A stretch of DNA of 64,000 nt, from positions 25,048,001-25,112,000 of the forward strand of contig NC_135822.1 of the NCBI RefSeq assembly GCF_964213995.1, in the 5' to 3' direction. Origin of the DNA: Mustelus asterias. Lineage: Eukaryota. The position numbers were made by a program, and so were the translations under genes. Each line of letters starts with the position of its first letter. The first letter of the stretch is position 1. Of this stretch, positions 1-12,928 are shown piece by piece. The notes under the pieces were generated by a model. It saw only the letters and a list, made by a program, of their open reading frames with translations, made no database searches and was not told where the DNA came from.

Positions 1-133
1 GATTCTCCTTTGCCTTATCTGACAAAGCAATCTCCTGTCCCCTTTTTGCCCTCCTGATTTCTCCCTTAACTCTACTCTGACACCCTCTACACTCTTAAAA
101 GGATCCACTTGATCCCAGCTGCTTATGATTTGC

Positions 134-1037
134 ATGAGAATTTATGGGGCATGGTTAGCAAGTTTGCAGATGACACCAAGATTGGTGGCATAGTGGACAG
201 TGAAGAAGGTTATCTAGGATTGCAACGGGATCTTGACCTTGATGGGCCAGCGTGCCAATGAATGGTAGATGGAATTTAATTTAGATAAATATAAGGTGAT
301 GCATTTTGGTAGATCAAATCATGGCAGGACCTAGTCAATTAATGGTAGGGCATTGGGGAGAGTTATAGAACAAGAAGACCTAGGAGTTCAGGTTCATAGC
401 TCCTTGAAAGTGGAGTCACGGGTGGACAGGGTGGCGAAGAAGGCATTTGGCATGCTTGGTTTCATTGGTCAGAACATTGAATACAGGAGTGGAACATCTT
501 GTTGAAGTTGTACAAGACATTAGTAAGGCCACACTTGGAATACTGTGTACAGTTCTGGTCACACTATTATGGAAATGATATTAAACTAGAAAGAGTGCAG
601 AAAAGATTTACTAGGATGCTCGCGGGATTTGATGGTTTGAGTTATAAGGGGAGGCTGGATAGACTAAGACTATTTTTCCCTGGAGCGTAGGAGGCTTAGG
701 GGTAATCTTATAGAGGTCTATAAAAGAATGAGGGGCATAAATAAGGTAGATAGTCAACATCTTTTCCCAAAGGTAGGGGAGTCTAAAACTAGAGGACATA
801 GGTTTAAGGTGAGAGGGGAGAGATACAAAGGATCCAGAGGGGCATTTCTTTCATTCAGGGGGTGGGTACAATGTTATCTTTTAAAAAGCATTCAGACAGT
901 TACATGGGTAAGATGGGTATAGAGGGATATGTGCCAAATGCAGGCAATTGGGACTAGCTTAGTGGTAAAAACTGGGTGGCATGGACAAGCTGGGCTGAAG
1001 GGCCTGTTTCTATGCTCTAAACTTCTATGGCTCTATG
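134..1037 (+). mobile_element. CR1 (HER1-like) LINE, 5'-truncated, degraded RT C-terminus + 3' UTR
   Basis: Translates to KFADDTKIGG...LYKTLVRPHLEYCVQFWS...LERVQKRFTRML with stops and frameshifts; ends in CR1-type tail (ttctatggctctatg). Confidence 0.92.
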
Positions 1038-1554
1038 AATGATAGAAGAAAATCCTATAAACTACCCTGTGACTAAACAGGCTAAATATTCAATCAAATT
1101 TATTTAAAATTTAATTATATAAAGTGTAGGACCAGGCACCCAGTTGGCAATTCCCAAAAGTCTCTATCCCTCTAATGCCCATTCTCTCAAATATTCACCC
1201 ACTTCTGCCTCCCCAGCAAGTTTGTGCCATACATTCACCACCCTTTGCATAAAATAATTCAATATAATCAACCTGCTTAGACTCCTCGAAGCTTATGCTT
1301 ATGTCTTCAATTTTAGTATTTTGACAATCCTGAACAATTTATCTATTTCCTTCTTCAAGTTATTCTTCAATAATATCTCAAAAGCCCTCTCTCTTCGTGA
1401 CTCAACATTGCCCACTCTTCACCTTCTGCCCATATCCAGTTAGCTACATATTGTTCTGCTGGTTTCAGTGAGCTATCTACCAAATTCAGAATAGTCTCAA
1501 ATCTCTCTGTTTAGGCATTTCCTTCACATATTGCCAAGTACAATCTCTACCCAT

Positions 1555-1839
1555 TGTGGTGAACCATCGTTGGTTCCCACTGTGGGATTGTTCTAATGTT
1601 GTTGTTGGGTTGTTCTAATGTTGTTGTTGGGCTAGGGTGGGATTGATACACCTGTGGTTGTAACTGTTGTGGCACATCCCAGTCGGGCTCCGCCTCCTGG
1701 GAGAGGTATAAGACCCCCTGCTCGGGCGGGACCTCTTCAGTCTGGGATAGTGTGTTAAAGTTCTGATAGTTCCATTGTTAGTTAATAAAAGCCTTCTTTT
1801 ACCGAAGCTTTGTGCCTCGTGTCCAATTGATGCGCATCA
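1555..1839 (+). mobile_element. Solo LTR (285 bp) with 5-bp TSD
   Basis: Starts TG (1555), ends CA (1839); CCCAT directly repeated on both sides (1550-1554, 1840-1844); TATA-like gtataaga ~1707 and AATAAA 1784-1789 inside. Confidence 0.85.
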
Positions 1840-2853
1840 CCCATACAAATCTACAACAGGAGAGGTATCTTCCTTCTACCCTGAAGGAATTGCCAATGTG
1901 GGTGATGAGTACCCCACTGTACTTTGTCCAAGTGATCATGGGGGAACCTTAGGTTGTTGACAGGGTGTCTGACTATCTGCTTGTACCCAGACAATGAATT
2001 CGTAGTGGTTGAGAAGTTAAAGTTTGAATGAAAGAAGGTTGGTCATAGAGTGTTACAGCACAGAAAGAGGCCCTTCAGCTTATTGTGTCTGTGCTGACCA
2101 TCAAGCACCTATCTATACTAATCCCATTTTCCAGCACTTGGTCTGTAGCCTTGTGCCAAAAAGATTGGTCTGTAGCCTTGTATGCTATGGTGTTTCAAGT
2201 GCTCATCTAAAACAGTGATTATATTCCAGGTGGGGGAAGATTTGGTTAGGGGAGAGTTGAATGATTGTGTAATGGGTTTTGGGGTGATTGGGTGGTGATA
2301 TCAGGAATTTGGAGGGCAATTATGGGTGCTCTTGAAAATAGGGTGGCTTATTGATGTTAGTGAGAATTTGCGGACAATTGAATGGCATTGGAGAGGTTTG
2401 GGTTATAATGGCTGGATTGGCTGGCGTTATTGAGAGAGCTAATGAAATTGGAAGATACTAGTGGTAGTTGGGGATATTAACAAGGCTAGGTGGCATAGAC
2501 GTATCTTTGAGTTAGTGTTATTTACAGGATTATTGGTACTGCTTAATGTGGGCTTTTAATGGAGTCATTTATAATATGTATGGATACACTTATTAGGCTG
2601 TTTGTAAGGTTGTTTTTTTACAGATATTTGAGATTTTGGGGATTGCTTGCAGACTGTGAAAGGATATTTGAGGGGTTTTTTGGGGGAGGGAGGGAGGGAG
2701 GGGGGGGAGGTGATATATGTATGTTTGAGGGGTATTTGCGGTGTTCAATCTCTCTTCTTCCGGCATCTCTCTACAGCCGTCGTCAGATCAACCGCTGGGG
2801 TTGAGTGTGACTCCGCTGGACTTTAACCCTAAAGGCCGGATCCGAGCCGAGAA

Positions 2854-2935
2854 ATGTGGGGCTTTCTCCGACGGTGGATCCCCAACTTTGGGTGGATTTC
2901 CCTGACTTCGAACCCCATAGACAGCTTGCTGCAGG
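2854..2935 (+). CDS. TMEM82: TMEM82 coding exon 1 (MWGFLRRWIPNFGWISLTSNPIDSLLQ-G)
   Basis: ATG 2854, donor G|gtgag at 2936; DSLLQG resembles recalled TMEM82 DSVLQG; phase 1 fits exon 2. Not in the ORF track. Confidence 0.88.
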
Positions 2936-3014
2936 GTGAGTTGGTGGCCGGAGTGCGAGAGGCCAGTCTATAAATTGAGCACCTTTTAAAATATCGCCCA
3001 CTTTCTGTTCATAG

Positions 3015-3087
3015 GTGTGATCGCGGCTTGTGCTGTCTCTATTCTCAACCATTTGCTGCGGATTAACCTCCATATCCAGTATTTGAA
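3015..3087 (+). CDS. TMEM82: TMEM82 coding exon 2 (GVIAACAVSILNHLLRINLHIQYLN)
   Basis: ttctgttcatag acceptor, AA|gtaagt donor, 73 nt; hydrophobic segment like TMEM82 GLIGALGVLVLNSLLKV. Confidence 0.88.
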
Positions 3088-3545
3088 GTAAGTTTAATGA
3101 GGGGGAACTTTCTTTAAGTGGCGGTTTCCCCAAAGGCCTCCCTATCCTAAATCCAAATCTTCTCGTGGTATTCTCCGAGAGGGACACAGACAAGTGTGAT
3201 GTGAGACAACTAAATGAGACTAGCCCCCAGAGGCTGATTACATTGTATTAGCCGTAATCACATCGTTAAAGGGCTACTTAGACTGGTTAAATACCAGTTC
3301 TTGACTTTCTGCAGCGAGTTTAATTCGACTTTAATACAAATCCAGCTTTTTCGAGGCTAGCTGAAGCTGAGTAAGTGATCCTGAATGACCATTGTTGCAG
3401 AATGTCTCCCTCGCCACTAGTTGTCACTAAGTTTACACATTAGTAACGGCGAACGCCTCGAAACTCGCCGTTATTATTTAATTTATTATTGTCACATGTA
3501 CCGAGATACACTGAAAAGTATTGTTATGGATCAGTATATAAGTTA

Positions 3546-3812
3546 ATTTATTTATTAATCACAAGTAAGGCTTACGTTAACACTGCAATGAAGTTACCGT
3601 GAAATTCCCCTAGTCTTCACAGTCAGGTGCCTGCTCAGGTCAATCCACCTAACCAGCATGTCTTTCCTATTGTGGTGGAAACCGAGCACCTGGAAGAAAC
3701 CCACGCAGACACGGGGAGAATGTGCAGACTCCGCACAGACAGTGACCCAAGCCGGGAATTGAACCCAGGTCCTTGGCGCTGTGAGACAGCAGTGCTAACC
3801 ACTGTGCCACCC
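3546..3812 (-). mobile_element. HE1-like tRNA-derived SINE (alternative-tail subfamily)
   Basis: Reverse complement reads gggtggcacagtggttagcactgctgtctcacagcgcc...ggttcaattcccggcttgggtcactgtctgtgcggagt; tail ...aacttcattgcagtgttaacgtaagcc. Confidence 0.88.
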
Positions 3813-4733
3813 ATAGCAATGTAATTCAAATAATTGTTCATTTCTTTTGTTAATATAGTATTTATACTCGCCCTCACTATAACCCTTCATAATATACCTC
3901 ACCCCTCTGCAGAACAATTCTTGATAACCACTCTACACTGACAGATCCCATACACCTCACTAAGTTTGATAACACCCTCCGACATCATGCACTTTTGAGA
4001 AGTGTGAGATACATAAGGGTGTCATAATCAGGCGTGTGACATACACTGACCACTGAGTAAGAGGTAAAGTGGGCTGACTGGCTTTTCTCATCAACTTTGA
4101 TCTTGTAACTCTGAAATGGAATACTCTACCATACTTCACTGCACACCACATCCTCAATGTAATATTCCCAGATATGCCTTCCAGCCTGTATTGTAGCCTA
4201 ATATACCGCACACTCCACATTGTTACAGTCTCTGAAATACCTCACGCTCCTCAATGTGACAAATCTCTCCACCTTTCTCTTCTACTCCAAGCCACTCCTT
4301 CAAACCTCTCTTTGACCTGTCCTAATCCCCTGTGAAGTGACATGGGACATTTTACTAGATTAAGGGCACTTTAAGGCTGCAGGTTTTTGTTGTTAAATTC
4401 TTGGTAATCAGTCACACATAATGTAATTGTTAACTTGAACAAAGAGGTATCATTGCAGCTGAGATTAGGTGAATTTTACTGTCCCACCCGCTATGGGAAT
4501 CGGAGCAGGCGAGGGGCGAACAATGGAAAGGTCCATTGACCTCGGGAGAGATTTTCTGGTTTCAGGACAAGCGCGGCCAGAAAATCCCACATTAACTTCA
4601 ATTTTGAAAACAAAAAAAAATGAGCACTTCACATCCCGTTTGTAGTTCACTGCAACTCCCCCCGCCACCACCCCCCCCCCCCCTCTTCAGTTTCTTTGCA
4701 GCCTTGGAGGGTATTGGCTAATCTCCTTTGATC

Positions 4734-6912
4734 CATAAGACGTAGGAGCAGAATTAGGCCACTCGGCCCATCGTGTCTGTTCCGCCATTCAATCATGGCT
4801 GATATTTTTCTCATCCCCATTCCCATGCCTTTTCCCCATAACCCCTGATCCCCTTATTAACCAAGAACCTATCTATCTCTGTCTTAAAGACACTCAATGA
4901 CCCGGCCTCCACAGATCCCCCCTCATCCTTCTAAATTCCAACGAGTACAGACCCAGAGTCCTCAACCGTTCCTCATATGACAAGCTCTTCATTCCAGGGA
5001 TCATTCTTGTGAACCTCCTATGGATCCTTTCCAAGGCCAGCAGATCCTTCCTTAGATACAGGGCCCAAAACTGCTCACAATTCTCCAAATGGGGTCTAAC
5101 CAGAGCGCTAATCAGCCTCAGAAGTACATCCCTGCTCTTGTATTCTAGCCCTCTCGACATGAATGCTAACATTGCATTTGTCTTCCTAATTGCCGACTGA
5201 ACCTGCACGTTAATCTTAAGAGAATCTTGAACAAGGACTCCCAAGTCCCTTTGTGCTTCTGATTTCCTAAGCATTTTTCCATTTAGAAAATAGTCTATGC
5301 CTCCATTCCTCCTTCCAAAGTACATAACCTCACATTTTTCCACATTGTATTCCATTTGCCACTTCTTTGCCCACTCTCCTAGCCTGTCCAAGTCCTTCTG
5401 CAGCCCTCCTGCTTCCTCAATGCTACCTGATCCTCTACCTATCTTCGTATCATCTGCAAACTTAGCAACAGTGCCTTCAGTTCCTTCCTCCAAATCGTTA
5501 ATGTATATTGTGAAAAGTTGTGGTCCCAGCACTGACCCCTGAGGCACACCACTAATCACTGGCTGCCATCCTGAAAAAGACCCCTTTATCCCCACTCTCT
5601 GCCTTCTGCCAATCCTCTATCCATGCCAGGATCTTACCCTTAACACCATGGGCTCTTAACTTATTTAACAGTCTCCTATGTGACACCTTGTCAAAGGCCT
5701 TTTGGAAATTAAATAAATCACGTCCACTGGTTCTCCTTTATCTAACTTCCTTGTTACATCCTCAAAAACTCTAACAGATTTGTCAGACATGACCAACCAT
5801 TGACGAAACGGTGCTGACTCAGTCCTATTTTATCATGCACTTCCAAGTACTCTGCGATCTCATTTTTAACAATGGACTCTAAAATCTTGCCAATGACCGA
5901 AATCAGGCTAACCGGCCTATAATTTCCCATCTGCTGCCTCCCTCCCTTCTTAAACAGTGGTGTTATATTAGCTACTTTCCAGTCCTCTGGGACTCTCCCT
6001 GCCTGCAGTGATTCCTGAAAGATCACCACCAATGCCTCTACAATTTCCTCAGCTATCTCTTTCAGAACCCTGGGGTGTAGTTCATCTAGTCCAAGCGATT
6101 TATCCACCTTCAAACCTTTCAGTTTCCCCAGAACCTTCTCCTTAGTGATGGCCACTACATTCATCTGTTTCCCCTGATTCTCCTGGAGCTCTGGCATCCC
6201 ACTGGTGTCTTCCACCGTGAAGACTGATGCAAAGTAACTATTCAGTTCATCTGCTATTTCTTTGTTTCCTATTACTTCTCCAGCCTCATTTTCCAGTGCT
6301 CCAATGTCTATTTTTGCCTCTCTTACCTTTTATATATTGGAAAAAACTCTTCCCGTCTTCTTTTATATTACTAGCTAGTTTACACTCATATTTCATCTTC
6401 TCCCCCCTTTATTGCTTTTTTAGTTGTCCTCTGTTCACTTTTAAAGGCTTCCCACTAATCCTCGTCACTTTGTATGCTTTTTCTTTTGCTTTTATGCTGT
6501 CCTTGACTTCCTTCGTCAGCCATGGATGCCTCGTCTTCCCCTTAGCATATTTCTTCCTCCTTGGGATGAATTTCTGTTGTGCCTTCCGAATAACTCCCAA
6601 AACCTCCTGCCATTGCTGTTCCACTGTCTTCCCTGCTAGGGCTCCCTTTCCAATCAACTCTGGCCAGCTCCTCCCTCATGTCTTTGTAGTTACCTTTATT
6701 TAATTGTAATACCATTACATCTGATTCCAGCTTCTCCCTCTCAAACTGCAGGGTAAATTCTTTCATATTATTGTCACTGCTCCCTAAGGGTTCCTTCACC
6801 TTAAGTTCCCTAATCAAGTCTGCCTCATATTACACATCACCAAATCCAGATTTGCCTGTTCCTTGGTCACAAGCTGCTCCAAAAAACCACCTTTTAGACA
6901 TTCCACAAATTC
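4734..6912 (-). mobile_element. CR1 LINE ORF2 fragment (linker + RT), frameshifted, with internal deletions
   Basis: ORFs 4894-5595 (GVPQGSVLGPQLFTIYINDL...KFADDTK), 5754-6215 (PEDWKVANITPLFKKG..NYRPVSL), 6409-6657, 6542-6817; CR1 3' UTR at 4734-4890. Confidence 0.96.
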
Positions 6913-6919
6913 ATTCAGT

Positions 6920-7036
6920 CAAGAACTTGTAGGTAAGGGGATCAAAGGTTACAGGGAAAAGGTGGGAGAATGGGGTTGAGAAACTTATCAGCCATGATTG
7001 AATGGTGGAGCAGACTCGATGGGCTGAATGGTCTAA
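6920..7036 (+). mobile_element. CR1 3' UTR fragment, inverted relative to the adjacent element
   Basis: atcagccatgattgaatggtggagcagactcgatgggctgaatggtctaattctgctcctatatcttatg. Confidence 0.85.
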
Positions 7037-7528
7037 TTCTGCTCCTATATCTTATGATCCTTCATGGCACTTAAGGCTACACTCCTTCTACCTTTCTCAA
7101 CACAGTCACGATATTCCCTCAGTAGGTTTTCTTCCTATCGCTCAGTCACTTCCAAGGTTATGTGCAAGGGTCTTCCTAATCATGGTCTACATGCTACCTT
7201 TCAGTAACATACAGTCCTCTTCTATATATGCCCCCAGCTTTACCTCTCTCCCATTATCATTGGCTCCAGATCTGTAGCTGTACTGTTTGGTTGTCTGCCC
7301 GATATTACGTCTAAGGTGATTCACAACTTCCTACAGATCAATGTACAATATTTTACACCCTATCCCTTCTTCCATGCTGTTGAATCCTCACCTTCCCTTT
7401 ACCACCTTCAGGATCAATTTCTCTAAAGCTGTCCTTGTTCAGATGAGATGTTAAACCAAAAACTTGCCTACTTGACCTAATATCTCAGCTGGGTGTTCAG
7501 GATCTCATGGCACTGTTCAAACAATGAG

Positions 7529-7835
7529 GGCGGCACAGTGGTTAACACTGCTGCCTCACAGTGCCAAGGTCCCAGGTTCAATTCCGGCCATGGATCACTG
7601 TCTGTGTGGAGTTTGCAATTTCTCCCCATGTCTGCGTGGGTTTCCTCCGGGTGCTCCAGTTTCCTCCCGCAGTCCAAAGGTGTGCGGGTTAGGTTGATTG
7701 GCCATGCTAAATTGACCCTAGTGTCAGTGGGATTAGCAGGTTAATAAGGGTTATGGGAATAGCGCCTGGGTGGGATTGTGGTCGGTACAGACTCGATGGG
7801 CCAAATGGCCTCCTTCTGCACTGTAGGAATTCTGT
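7529..7835 (+). mobile_element. HE1-like SINE (CR1-tail subfamily)
   Basis: A-box ggcacagtggtta, B-box ggttcaattcc, conserved body, tail ggcctccttctgcactgtaggaattct. Confidence 0.9.
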
Positions 7836-8254
7836 GACTCTATTATTTCTCACACAAAGCCAGGGAAAAACAGTCAAATTTATCATCCATCTCATTGATG
7901 TTTGTGGGATCTTGCTGTGTGCGAAACAGCTGCCACATTTACCCCTGTGAAATAATTCATTGTATGCAAAGTGCTTTGAGTCATTCCTGAGAGAAAATCC
8001 ACACGATGGTTGTGTCCTGCAGTAATTGGAGGGGAAGGAGTGGGGAGTAATGAGATTCAGACTTGATCCCACCTGACAGGAAAATAGAATTGGAGGGAGT
8101 CATCCCAGAAGCATTCTCTGATGGTCTCAGCAACTGGTACGAGGAGTGCACACAAAACCAGGATCTCTTCAGGCTGCTGTACTCTGAAGACACTGGGGGA
8201 AAAACAAATATTTTGAATCAGTCATGAGGAAGGTCTGCCATTTTATTGTTTCAG

Positions 8255-8432
8255 TGAACCTGCCCGGGTTGGAGCCAAAGTTCCCAGATTGCATTCCCAG
8301 CGACAAATTCTGGATTTCCTGCATTTATGCACCCTGACCATCCTATTCTCCATCGTGGGATCCAGAGTGTCCTCTCTGGTGGTGCTGGAATTCTCCCTTC
8401 GAATCATTTCCATGCTGCTTTCCAACAATCAT
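8255..8432 (+). CDS. TMEM82: TMEM82 coding exon 3 (EPARVGAK...IVGSRVSSLVVLEFSLRIISMLLSNNH)
   Basis: ttattgtttcag acceptor, CAT|gtaagt donor, 178 nt; VGSRVxxLVVLEFSLR is characteristic of TMEM82. Confidence 0.95.
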
Positions 8433-9079
8433 GTAAGTTTCTGTGGTCTTTATTACTTTTGTCAGGGTGACACACAGAGTCAGTGTAACATCCAGAAGGA
8501 TCTCTGCCCATCCAGATTTCAGGGTTTGAAGGTCATGTTAGGAAATTGATATTGCCATAAATATAGGAGAGTCCTTTAGTGGAATGGGAGGTCAGAGCAT
8601 GTGATGAATTCTGGATTAGGAGTACACTGATTGTTACTCCGCGTCTTTTGCACGACTCTGTGTGTAGCCTTGGGATTCTGTTCCAGATGTGTTTAGACCA
8701 ATTGTACAGCTGTTGTTGCCCAAGCTGTGTAGTGCAGAGCAGTCATCAGATCTGGGATCTTACTGGTCTGTATGGCTTAGTACACTTATCAACTGAGTCA
8801 TTTGGGCAGTGTCAGATTCAAGACCTGAGAGTTGGTGCAGATTTGAAAGTTGTAGGAGAACAATCCTAAGGGTTGAGTCATGAAAGAGCTGAGGAAGATG
8901 GGCTTTTAAGTCCTTGAAAGGGGGCAGCTGAGAGGAGCCTTCTTAGACATAAATAAGAATCAGTGTGGAAACCGTAAAGCTGTACCACTACAGGCAGCTA
9001 AATGCAAGCAACTAAGCAGGTACAGAAGCACAAGTAGAGAAATGTGCACATAGCGAACAGCAGTTGGTATTGTTGCCCT

Positions 9080-9712
9080 TACTGAATCCCCCACTGTCAA
9101 CATCCTTGGGGTTACCATTTGACCAGAAATTCAACTGGACTGGCCACATAAACACAGTAGCTACAAGAGCAGGTCAGAGGCATACAGCAGCGAGTAACTC
9201 ACCTCCTGACTTACCAAAGCCTGTCCACCATCTACAAAGCACAAGTCAGGAGTGTGATGGAATACTCCTCACTTGCCTGGATGTGTGTGGCTGCAACAAC
9301 ACTCAGGAAGTTTGACACCATCCAGGACAAAACAGTCTGCTTGATTGGCACCACATCCACTCCCTCGACCACCGATGCTCAGTAGCAACAGTGTGTACTA
9401 TCTACAAGATGCACTGCAGCATTTCGCCAAAGATCCTTAGACAGCACCCTTTAAACCCATGACCACTTCCATCCAGAGGGCAGCAGATATGTGGGAACAC
9501 CGCCACCTGCAAGTTTCCCTCTAAGCTACTCATCATCCTGACTTGGGTCAAAATCCTGAAATTCCCTTCCTAACAGCACTGTGGGTCAACCCACAGCACG
9601 TGGACTGCAGCGATTCAAGAAAGCAGCTCACCACCACCTTCTCAAGGGCAACTAAGGATGGACAACAAATGCTGGCCGGCCAGCGACGCCCATGTCCCAT
9701 GAATGAATTTTT
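9080..9712 (+). mobile_element. Degraded LINE 3' fragment (second LINE family)
   Basis: Decayed RT C-terminus-like text (gaccagaaattcaactggactggccacataaacac...) and 3' tail agcagctcaccaccaccttctcaagggcaact, also seen at 26670-27105 and on the second SINE family. Confidence 0.7.
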
Positions 9713-9812
9713 TAAAAGTTATTGGGGTACCAATTGACAGATAACTATTTTTAATTGTAAAGTTAATTTGCTATGTGAACAGTGTAAGACTAAACTTTCC
9801 AATGGTTTTTAG

Positions 9813-10229
<417 letters not shown>

Positions 10230-11469
10230 TGACAGGATAGTGCGCAGGATGGAGTAGTCTGCTACCTCTAATAGCTGTGAAGTGAAAGGGCAAAGCCAAG
10301 GTCACCCATGGCCACACCCCTAGTGGCTAACTGTGACACTTCTGTACAGACCAGAATCATTTCCAGTTCCTTTACATGGTCTGTGCTGATTTAACTGACC
10401 TAAACCAGGGCAGCTGTTGGAACTTCAGTATCTCAGCATTAAGGAAAAAAGTCAGCCAAGGTTCTAGGCTTGATCACTGTCCAGTGATTCTTTCTGGAAA
10501 TTGTGCAGATGAGGGGTGTGGTTGGATCAAGTCTGCTGTGAAACTCCCATGGAAAAATGTCCTTCCAAGATTCATTGTCCAGGAACGCCCGTAAAGGAGG
10601 GACAGAATATTGGATGGTAGCCAGCAACTGTGGAACCTGTACTCCAGGAAGGAGTTAGTGTCCTCAGGAGACGAAATTGGGACAAAATGTGAAAACTCTG
10701 CAAGTTTCACTGTTTGACCTCCCTTTTGGAGAAATCCTGCCAGTTTTTATTCTTGTTAACTGGTCATTTTACATAAGGTTCCCTAGTTCACCCCAAGTCC
10801 TCCTGTGTACAGGGTTGTATGGCCCTGCAGTATCTGTAATCTGTGGAAACTTGGAAATGCAGGAGTTTATGGGGGCGGCAAGTGCGGAATGCATTATGGT
10901 CTTTGCATCAATGGAAAGAAATGATAAGAACCAGGAATTTGTTATAAGAGGTGATGGTGAGGTTCTAAGCAGCTGCAGGCTGCCCAGCTCCTCTGTGTAC
11001 CCATCCCTCCTTCACCTGACTATTGGTAGCAGAGTCTTCAGCTGCCTGAGTCCTAAATATACACATCCCTCCACTATATAAAACTCTTCAACCCAGCCTT
11101 TGTGTGTTAGTCTCTGATTCAGTGTTTCTTTCCTTTATCCTTATTGTGAAGAATTTTACAACAGGTCATTTGGCCCAACTGGTGTTTATGCTCCATGTAA
11201 GCCTCCTCCCACCTTGCTTATTCTCGCCCTATTAACATACCCTTCATGTTTTTATCCAGCATCCCCTTAAATCACCAATGCTATTCGCCTCAACAGCCAA
11301 GGTAGTAGAAAGTTCTACATTCTCACCAGGTTTTAGGTATATAAATTTTTCCTCAGTTCCTCACTGGATTGAATAGTGACAATGCTGTATCTAGCAGTTT
11401 TGGTGGCACTGTGTTGCTTTTGTGTCAGAAGAGCTTAGCGGTCAAGGAGGTTATGTTCATGACATTTTT

Positions 11470-12130
11470 TTATTCGTTCATGGGACGTGGGCGTCACTGG
11501 CTGGGCCAGCATTTATTGCCCATTCCTGAGGGTAGTTAAGAGTCAACCACATTGTTATAGAATCCCTACAGTGCGGAAGGAGGCCATTCAGCCCATCGAG
11601 TCTGCACTGACCACAATCCCATCCAGGATCTATCTGTATCCCCGCATATTTACCCTGCTAATCTCCCTGATACTAAGGGGCAATTTATCATGGCCAATCC
11701 ACCTAACCCACACATCTTTTGTCTGTGGGAGGAACCTGGAGCACCCGGGCAAAACCCACGCAGACACAGGGAGAACATGCAGACTCCACACAGACAGCAA
11801 CCCAAGCCGGGAATCGAACCCGGGTCCATGGCGCTGTGATGCAGCAGTGCTAACCACTGTGCCACTCTTTGTAGTGGGTTTGGAGTCACATTTGGGCCAG
11901 ATCAGGTAAGGACGGCAGATTTCCTTCCCTAAAGGACATAAGTGAACCAGCTGGGTTTTTACGACAATCGACAATGGTTTCATGGTCATCATTAGACTTT
12001 TAATTCCAGATTTTTATTGAATTCAAATTTCACCTTCTGCCGCAGTAGGATTCGAACCTGGGTCCCCAGAGCATTACCCTAGTTCTCTGGGTTACCAATC
12101 CAGCGACAATACCACTAACCATCACCTCCC
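11470..12130 (-). mobile_element. Second tRNA-derived SINE family with a nested HE1 SINE (11556-11866, -)
   Basis: Head at ~12050-12130 (ggattcgaacctggg), tail at 11470-11555; interrupted by a complete HE1 copy. Confidence 0.8.
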
Positions 12131-12773
12131 TCATGTCCAACACACACCATTAACAAGCAGTAAGAGCAGGAGTAATTCCTGGTCAGCCATGTGATGGAAA
12201 CAAGTTGGAGCTGCCACCCTCACTATCCATAACTCCAGGCTGCAACTTGTATGTAAAGGTGCATGTTCCAACAGCAACTCAGATTCCCTGAGTGTGATCT
12301 GTAACAACATAACACCATGTTGTTATTTATTTAGTTTTGAACTCATTTCCTCTTCCCCTCCCCACCAAGTCGAGACATCTGCTTACCACGTCAAAACCTT
12401 GATCAGACTTTTCTTTTTTAGAGAAAAAGAGCTCAGCCTGTTCAGTCTTTCCTGTTATTTGTAGCATCCCACTTCTGGCATTATTTTTTAAAATCATTTT
12501 GATTTAAAAATTCTCATCAATGTTTGCAAGTCCCTGCATGGCCTGGCCTCTCCCTATATCTCCACTTAACAAACTGTCACATATCAGCTCCTCTAATTCT
12601 GGCCTCTTGGGCATCCCAGATCATAATCACTCCTGGTGGCTGTACCTTAAGTTGCTAAGGCCCTAAACTCTAAAATTCCCTCCCTAAACCTCACTGCCTT
12701 TTGACCACTTTCCTCCTGTAAGACAGTACTTAAAACACATCTTTAATCAAGCTTTTGGTCATCTGCCCTTATG

Positions 12774-12928
12774 GGTGGCACAGTAGTTGGCACTGCAGCT
12801 TCACAGCACCAGGGATCCGGATTCAATCCCAGTCTTGGGTGACTGTTTGTGTGGAGTTTGCATGTTCTCCCCATGTCTGCGTGGGTTTCCTCCGGGTGCT
12901 CTGGTTTCCTCCCACAATCCAAAGATGT
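12774..12928 (+). mobile_element. HE1-like SINE, 3'-truncated
   Basis: gggtggcacagtagttggcactgc...gtgggtttcctccgggtgctctggtttcctccca. Confidence 0.8.

Noticed and set aside
2783-3193. 136-aa minus-strand ORF
   Set aside because: Antisense shadow of TMEM82 exons 1-2 in a GC-rich region; no recognisable domain.
3627-3877. Recurrent ORFs of type GGTVVSTAASQRQGPGFDSRLGSLSV / HPEETHADTGR (also ~7.5, 11.6, 20.0, 20.5, 30.1, 31.6, 49.9, 54.8 kb)
   Set aside because: Translations of HE1-like SINE copies, not a protein family.
7529-7600. tRNA-like A/B boxes
   Set aside because: SINE heads; no complete cloverleaf, and they continue into SINE body sequence.
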